A stretch of DNA of 64,000 bases from Patescibacteria group bacterium (GTDB taxonomy: Bacteria > Patescibacteriota > Microgenomatia > UBA12405). Below, in pieces: positions 58,701-64,000 of this stretch; position 1 is the first letter of the stretch, and every line of letters begins with the position of its first letter. The notes beneath the pieces are model-generated. The model was not told where the DNA came from, did not search any database, and saw only the letters and a program-made list of their open reading frames with translations. The stretch covers positions 82,766-146,765 of the forward strand of contig JAHIPV010000013.1 of NCBI GenBank assembly GCA_018902845.1, read 5' to 3'. The translations under genes were made by a program, and so were the position numbers.

Positions 58701-59393
58701 ATGTTAAAACTTACAAAAATCTGTAAATCATTTTCAAACACTCAAGTCTTAAAAGACATTAGTTTTGAAATTCCCAAAAACAAAATAGTCGGACTTCTTG
58801 GTCCTAATGGTGCCGGCAAAACCACTATCATGAGAATTATCACCGGGTTTTTGACCGCTAATCAGGGCACCCTGCGCTGGAAAAGAAAAATAATAGATCC
58901 CAGAGATCCCTCCTTTCGGTCTCTGATAGGATATCTCCCCGAGTCTAATCCTTTATATATGTCATTTACTCCGGTTGAATATCTTTCTTTTGTCGCTCGC
59001 CTAAAAGGCATATCAAAAACCAATCTGGTAAAAGAAGTAAAAAAAGTTTCACAACAAACCGACATTGCTTCAGTTTTAACAAAAAAAATAGAAACTTTAT
59101 CAAAAGGATTCAAACAAAGAGTCGCTTTGTCTGCCACCCTCCTTGGCGATCCCCAATTGCTTGTTTTAGACGAAGCCACCTCTGGCTTAGACCCAAAACA
59201 AATTCTTGAAGTCAGAAAATTAATTAAAAAACTAGCTAAAGACAAATCAATTCTTTTTTCTACTCATATACTTCCAGAAGCCAAGGCTATTTGTGATCAA
59301 ATCCTTATTATTAATCAAGGTAGAATCGTACTAGATTCAGACATCAAAAAAGTTAGAAATCTAGAAAAAAAGTTTATCCAACTAACCCAATGA
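58701..59393 (+). CDS. ABC transporter ATP-binding protein (GldA-like)
   Basis: GPNGAGKTT, LSKGFKQRV, LDEATSGLDP. Confidence 0.92.
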   Translation: MLKLTKICKSFSNTQVLKDISFEIPKNKIVGLLGPNGAGKTTIMRIITGFLTANQGTLRWKRKIIDPRDPSFRSLIGYLPESNPLYMSFTPVEYLSFVARLKGISKTNLVKEVKKVSQQTDIASVLTKKIETLSKGFKQRVALSATLLGDPQLLVLDEATSGLDPKQILEVRKLIKKLAKDKSILFSTHILPEAKAICDQILIINQGRIVLDSDIKKVRNLEKKFIQLTQ

Positions 59394-60103
59394 AAAATAT
59401 TTTGATCATTGCCAAAAAAGAATTAAAAACTTATTTTACCAATCCGATTGGCTATGTTTTTGCCATCCTTTTGCTGGTTGTCAGCATTTGGATTTTCTTT
59501 GCCAATTTTTTTATAAATAATCAGTCAAGTCTTTCTTCTCTTTGGGAAATGGTAATTTTTCTTTTTTCTCTTTTTATTCCGGCCATTTCCATGACTTCTA
59601 TCGCCGACGAAAAAAAGTATGGTACCTGGGAACTTTTGTTGACACTGCCTCTTTCTGAAACAGAATTAGTTTTGGGTAAATTTTTGGGACTTTTATTTTA
59701 CGTTGTTACTGTTCTTCTTTTGTATATTCCCATAACCATTACCTTGCTTTTTATTGGCAAACCGGACATAGGCATTCTTTTGGGAGGCTTTTTATCAACC
59801 ATATTTTTATCGGCTAGTTACATTGCTTGTGGCGTTTTTGCCTCCAGTTTAACCTCACAATCCGTTGTGGCTTTTCTTATCTCTTTAGTATTTTTGCTCC
59901 TTAATAATTTTTTTGGACAAGAATTTTTTCTTTCTCGTCTCCCTTTATTTTTAAAAAATATTTTTTCTTATCTGAGTCTTTCATGGCACGCCAATCAGTT
60001 TTCGTGGGGAATAGTCAGCCTGATTGATGTTGTCTTTTTTCTATCATGGACAATTATTTTTCTTATACTAACCATTTTATCGTTAAAATCCAGAAACAAA
60101 TGA
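59390..60103 (+). CDS. ABC-2 permease (GldF-like)
   Basis: KKEL..YF..P.GY, EKK.GT.ELLLTLP. Confidence 0.88.
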   Translation: MKNILIIAKKELKTYFTNPIGYVFAILLLVVSIWIFFANFFINNQSSLSSLWEMVIFLFSLFIPAISMTSIADEKKYGTWELLLTLPLSETELVLGKFLGLLFYVVTVLLLYIPITITLLFIGKPDIGILLGGFLSTIFLSASYIACGVFASSLTSQSVVAFLISLVFLLLNNFFGQEFFLSRLPLFLKNIFSYLSLSWHANQFSWGIVSLIDVVFFLSWTIIFLILTILSLKSRNK

Positions 60104-61560
60104 AAAGAATTCTAGTTTATCTAACAAATATCAATTTAATAATAAGCATTATTGTTATTAACCTTATTGTTATCGCCTTTCCCCAATTTAAACTGGATTT
60201 AACCAAAAATAAAATCCACACTTTGTCTCCAAGTACAAAAAAAATAATTAAAGATCTTGACGATGTTGTAAACGTAAAAGTATATCTGACACAACAACTT
60301 CCCCCAGAAGTTGAGCCCCTTTCCCAAAGTTTAAAAACCATTCTAAAAGAGTTTTCCGGTTTAAATAGTTCCAATTTTGTTGTTAAATATATTGACCCTA
60401 GTAAAGATGATGACATAAAAACAGAAGCCATCAGGGCCGGGATTCAACCGCTTCAATTCTCGTCTGTCAAGGGTGATAAGTTCGAAATCAGCAATGGTTT
60501 TTTTGGCTTAACCTTAAACTACGCCGATCAAAAAGAAACTCTGCCTGTTGCCAGTGACATTGGAAACATTGAGTATTTTCTTGTCTCGACTATTAAAAAA
60601 ATGGCTTCCAAACAAGTTCCCACATTATTGCTTTCATCAGGATACGGTGAAATTGATTCAAGCGAAATTCAGATTTTAACCAAATATCTTAGCCAAATTT
60701 ACCAGCTCGAAACAGTTGATTTATCCGACACAGAAAATCAGCTCAATGATTCAGCCACCACTCTTCTTATGCTTGGTCCAAAAGAAGAGCTAAACCAAGA
60801 AGCTATAGAAAAAATAACAAAGTGGGTAGAACAAAAAAAAGGATTCATTTTATTAACGGATAAATTTGACATCAACACCAATCTGCAATCTTCTCTAATA
60901 GAGAACATCGGCATAGAAAATCTTTTAAACAAAAATGGCATAAAACTGGAAAACAAATTAGTTCTTGATGAATCTTCCTCAATTGCTAATTTTCAAGGCC
61001 CAACCGGTCCATTTTTAACTCGCTATCCATATTGGATAAAAATACTTCCCGAAAATTTTAATGCAGATATTCCGGCAGTTTCTGGTTTAAACTCTCTGTT
61101 GTTATACTGGGCTTCACCGCTTACTGTATCCTCTCCGGCCCAAAGCTTATTTACCAGCAGTCAATACTCCTGGTTGGTAGACGAAAACGCCGATTTAAGC
61201 CCCGCCAAACAAGAAAAAATATCAGATTCAGAATTAAAGGTAAGCACCTTAGCTGCCGTTAATCTAAAAGATGCCAAGATTGCGGTTATTGGCGATACGG
61301 ATTTTATAAAAGATCAATTTATAACCAACGATCAAAGTAATTTAGCTGTTTTAATGAATTTAATTGATTATTTTTCTTCAGACGAGAGCCTTCTTTCTAT
61401 TAGAAGCAAAACCTTAGATCCGGCTCCCATTATTCCGCTCAAAGATGAATTTAAGCAACTGATAAAGTGGGTAAATATTGCAATTCCGCCAATAAGTTTG
61501 ATAATAGTCTTTTTTCTTTCTTCTTTTATCCGCCATCAGCGCAACAAAAAATTTGTTTAA
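60100..61560 (+). CDS. GldG-like ABC auxiliary protein
   Basis: DLTKNKIHTLS.STK, IGDTDF, L..IRSK. Confidence 0.85.
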   Translation: MKRILVYLTNINLIISIIVINLIVIAFPQFKLDLTKNKIHTLSPSTKKIIKDLDDVVNVKVYLTQQLPPEVEPLSQSLKTILKEFSGLNSSNFVVKYIDPSKDDDIKTEAIRAGIQPLQFSSVKGDKFEISNGFFGLTLNYADQKETLPVASDIGNIEYFLVSTIKKMASKQVPTLLLSSGYGEIDSSEIQILTKYLSQIYQLETVDLSDTENQLNDSATTLLMLGPKEELNQEAIEKITKWVEQKKGFILLTDKFDINTNLQSSLIENIGIENLLNKNGIKLENKLVLDESSSIANFQGPTGPFLTRYPYWIKILPENFNADIPAVSGLNSLLLYWASPLTVSSPAQSLFTSSQYSWLVDENADLSPAKQEKISDSELKVSTLAAVNLKDAKIAVIGDTDFIKDQFITNDQSNLAVLMNLIDYFSSDESLLSIRSKTLDPAPIIPLKDEFKQLIKWVNIAIPPISLIIVFFLSSFIRHQRNKKFV

Positions 61561-61569
61561 AACAAAACC

Positions 61570-62403
61570 ATGAAACAACTAACAAGTTCCGGTAAATCCT
61601 TATTAACTAGTTTTATCATTCTACTTGTCGTTATTACGGGCTTCCTTTTTTTAAAATACTCCACTACCCGTAGTCAACCAGTCGAACAATTTTATTTTTC
61701 ATTAGACGACCAAGACGAGATTTGTTTTGATGATTTTTGTTTAAACAAAAAAGACAATGCTTGGTTTATCTCTGAGTCAGATATTCCGGTTGAGCAAGAA
61801 ACGATTGATCGCTTTATTAGCCAATACAAACAAATAAAATTAGAGGATCTTATTTCAAAAAATCCCGACAAGTCAAAAGATTTTGGTTTCAATGATGATC
61901 AAAAAAATATTTTAAAAATAGGGGACAGGCAACTTCAAGTTGGCAGAATTACCGATTCCTACGATTCCACTTATGTCAAAAATCCCCAAAATGACAATAT
62001 TTACATAATTCCTTTTACATGGAATCCAAACACGCTCAAGCAGGATTCTTATTGGCAAAATTCCACCGTTACCAATTTACCCATTTTTCAGATTAAAAAA
62101 ATCATCATTAGTAAAGACAACAAAGAAACTGAAATCACAAAAAAAGACGACAAATGGGAAAACGATGAATTTATCGATAAGGTTTCTCATTTAAGCGCCA
62201 GTGATTATTTGGGTCAGCAGGCCCCGTCAAATCCATTTCTTACTATTAATATAGAAATAGAGGACGATAAAACTTATTCACTTGATATTGGACAAAAAAT
62301 AATATCGTGGAAAGAGTCAGTATATTGGGCAAAAACACCAGACAACTTTTATTACCGGATAGAAGCGGAAGATTTCAAAACATTGACTTCATTTTCTAAT
62401 TAG
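61570..62403 (+). CDS. DUF4340-like membrane-anchored protein
   Basis: Usual fourth gene of Gld-like ABC operons; N-terminal TM helix. Confidence 0.7.
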   Translation: MKQLTSSGKSLLTSFIILLVVITGFLFLKYSTTRSQPVEQFYFSLDDQDEICFDDFCLNKKDNAWFISESDIPVEQETIDRFISQYKQIKLEDLISKNPDKSKDFGFNDDQKNILKIGDRQLQVGRITDSYDSTYVKNPQNDNIYIIPFTWNPNTLKQDSYWQNSTVTNLPIFQIKKIIISKDNKETEITKKDDKWENDEFIDKVSHLSASDYLGQQAPSNPFLTINIEIEDDKTYSLDIGQKIISWKESVYWAKTPDNFYYRIEAEDFKTLTSFSN

Positions 62404-62488
62404 CCTACACTGAAAGTGTAATGTCATCCCGCCACGGCGGGATCCTGTTGGAATCAAAATTAATTATTTATATTTTTAACAAAACAAA

Positions 62489-62926
62489 ATGAATCAAACA
62501 AACTCAAAAAAATCAAAATTCTTTTTAACGGCAGCGCTCGCTGCAATAGTCGGTGCCGTTGGCGGTTTATTATTAGCCCCCAAATCAGGCAAAGAAACCA
62601 GAAAAGATCTTCTTAAGCTGGGTGCAAATTTACAAAAAAAAGTAAAATCAAACGCCAACGAGGCGGAAAGAAAGGTTCGTAAAGTTTTTGGCAAAGTGAC
62701 CACAGATGCCAGAAACAAGTACGATGAAATCCAAAAAAAGGCTCTCAATAAAGTTGCCGCAGTAAAAAAAGCCGGTCAAGGTATAGATAAAGAAAAATAT
62801 TCAGCCATAGTCGATGAAATCATAGAGGAATTTAAAGATGATTTCAAAAGTACCAAAGGCGGAGCCAAAAAAATGGCCTTTCAGCTCAAAAGTGATTGGG
62901 ACAAAATCCGCAAAGCCCTAATTTAA
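62489..62926 (+). CDS. YtxH-domain protein
   Basis: GAVGGLLLAPKSGKETR. Confidence 0.88.
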   Translation: MNQTNSKKSKFFLTAALAAIVGAVGGLLLAPKSGKETRKDLLKLGANLQKKVKSNANEAERKVRKVFGKVTTDARNKYDEIQKKALNKVAAVKKAGQGIDKEKYSAIVDEIIEEFKDDFKSTKGGAKKMAFQLKSDWDKIRKALI

Positions 62927-63967
62927 CCTGTCATTCTGAGTCTTTTGTAGGGGCGACCCTTGCGGTCGCCCACAGACATAGCAACCTGTCCGCCTCTGGA
63001 GGAAGCGTAACGAAGGATATAGCAAAGATTTGTGTATCAAGTCTGACAATTTTTTGATGCTCTCCCCATCTAATATTGACACGGCAATTTTGGCACCAAT
63101 TTTTTTAATAAAAACATCAATCTCTTTTTTGCTTAACAAATCGCTTTTTGTTAACACTATAATCTCTTTTCTGCTCGCCAGAGCCTCACTGTATCTTTTT
63201 AATTCTTCCTTTATGACTTCATAATCTTTTTTAGGATTCCCTGAATCCGCCGGTACACAATGAATCAACAATTTTGTTCTTTCTACATGTTTCAAAAATT
63301 TAAAACCCAAACCCTTCCCCATCGACGCACCTTCGATTAATCCGGGAATATCCGCAATTATCTTTTTGCCGGCACTCACACCCAAATTAGGTTCAAGGGT
63401 GGTAAAAGGATAATTAGCCACTCTGGCTTTTGCCCTGGTTAGCTCGTTTAATAAGCTTGATTTTCCTGCATTTGGTAGCCCTATCAGGCCAACATCAGCG
63501 ATTAACTTTAATTGCAAAAACAAGTTTCTCCATTCCTTTTTTTCGCCCTCTTCAAATTCCTTTGGAGTCGTATTAATAGAACTTCTAAAAGCATGGTTTC
63601 CTTTTCCACCTTTTCCACCTTTTACAATTATCACTTTTTCGCCTTTTTCTTTTATTTCCACACTTGTTCCGTTATCATAATTAACCACGGTCCCAATTGG
63701 TATTTTAAAAATCATATCTTCTCCATTCTTGCCATCTCTTTGATTCGTGCCACCCTTTTCACCATTTTCAGCAAAAAACCTTTTTTTAAAACGGAATTGT
63801 TTTAACGCTGTTATATCGTCAACTCCTTCGAAAATTACTATTCCTCCATTCCCTCCGTTTCCTCCATCTGGCCCCCCTTTTGGCCTATGTCGATCACGGT
63901 AAAAATGCATCATTCCATCTCCTCCGTCTCCAGCCTTTATCTTTATTTTTGTTTCATCAATCAACAT
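62918..63967 (-). CDS. obgE: GTPase ObgE/CgtA with repeat-derived C-terminal tail
   Basis: GDGGDG...GGPDGGNGG, ADVGLIGLPNAGKSS, YPFTTLEPNLG, DIPGLIEGAS. Confidence 0.97.
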   Translation of the reverse strand: MLIDETKIKIKAGDGGDGMMHFYRDRHRPKGGPDGGNGGNGGIVIFEGVDDITALKQFRFKKRFFAENGEKGGTNQRDGKNGEDMIFKIPIGTVVNYDNGTSVEIKEKGEKVIIVKGGKGGKGNHAFRSSINTTPKEFEEGEKKEWRNLFLQLKLIADVGLIGLPNAGKSSLLNELTRAKARVANYPFTTLEPNLGVSAGKKIIADIPGLIEGASMGKGLGFKFLKHVERTKLLIHCVPADSGNPKKDYEVIKEELKRYSEALASRKEIIVLTKSDLLSKKEIDVFIKKIGAKIAVSILDGESIKKLSDLIHKSLLYPSLRFLQRRTGCYVCGRPQGSPLQKTQNDRLN

Positions 63968-64000
63968 GAGTCATTTTATCATCTCTCAAGCTACATAACT

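Noticed and set aside
86-63805. Numerous antisense ORFs overlapping conserved genes (e.g. 424-780, 6261-6923, 7900-8490, 24191-24646)
   Set aside because: Shadow frames of well-supported genes on the opposite strand, with no motifs

Overview
AT-rich bacterial chromosome window using genetic code 11. Gene content (secD/F, miaA, ychF, HU, rny-recX-recA, trmD, tmk, argS, lon, era, obgE, a very short RNase P RNA, many leaderless-type promoters, Thr-Pro-rich surface proteins) resembles Patescibacteria/CPR, probably Microgenomates; this taxonomy is inference. Accessory content includes a csoR-copA copper operon, three toxin-antitoxin modules and a sipW/tasA-like surface cluster. The most unusual feature is an ~8.9-kb element (20539-29434) integrated at the 3' end of tRNA-Pro(GGG) by a large serine recombinase. 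Besides attL and attR it carries an intact, inverted internal attP and three further long-range complementary segments. Together these let one strand fold into a ~250-bp duplex closed by a perfect four-way junction and a three-way junction. Its cargo is a MurE-like/TPP-enzyme/ArgC-like/NlpC-P60/HD cluster. The second theme is a set of strand-biased palindromic and heptamer repeats that have inserted in frame into housekeeping proteins (MiaA, TrmD, YchF, ObgE, SipW). There is also a non-canonical 112-nt tRNA-Leu(TAA)-like RNA. All calls come from reading motifs by eye; no searches were run.
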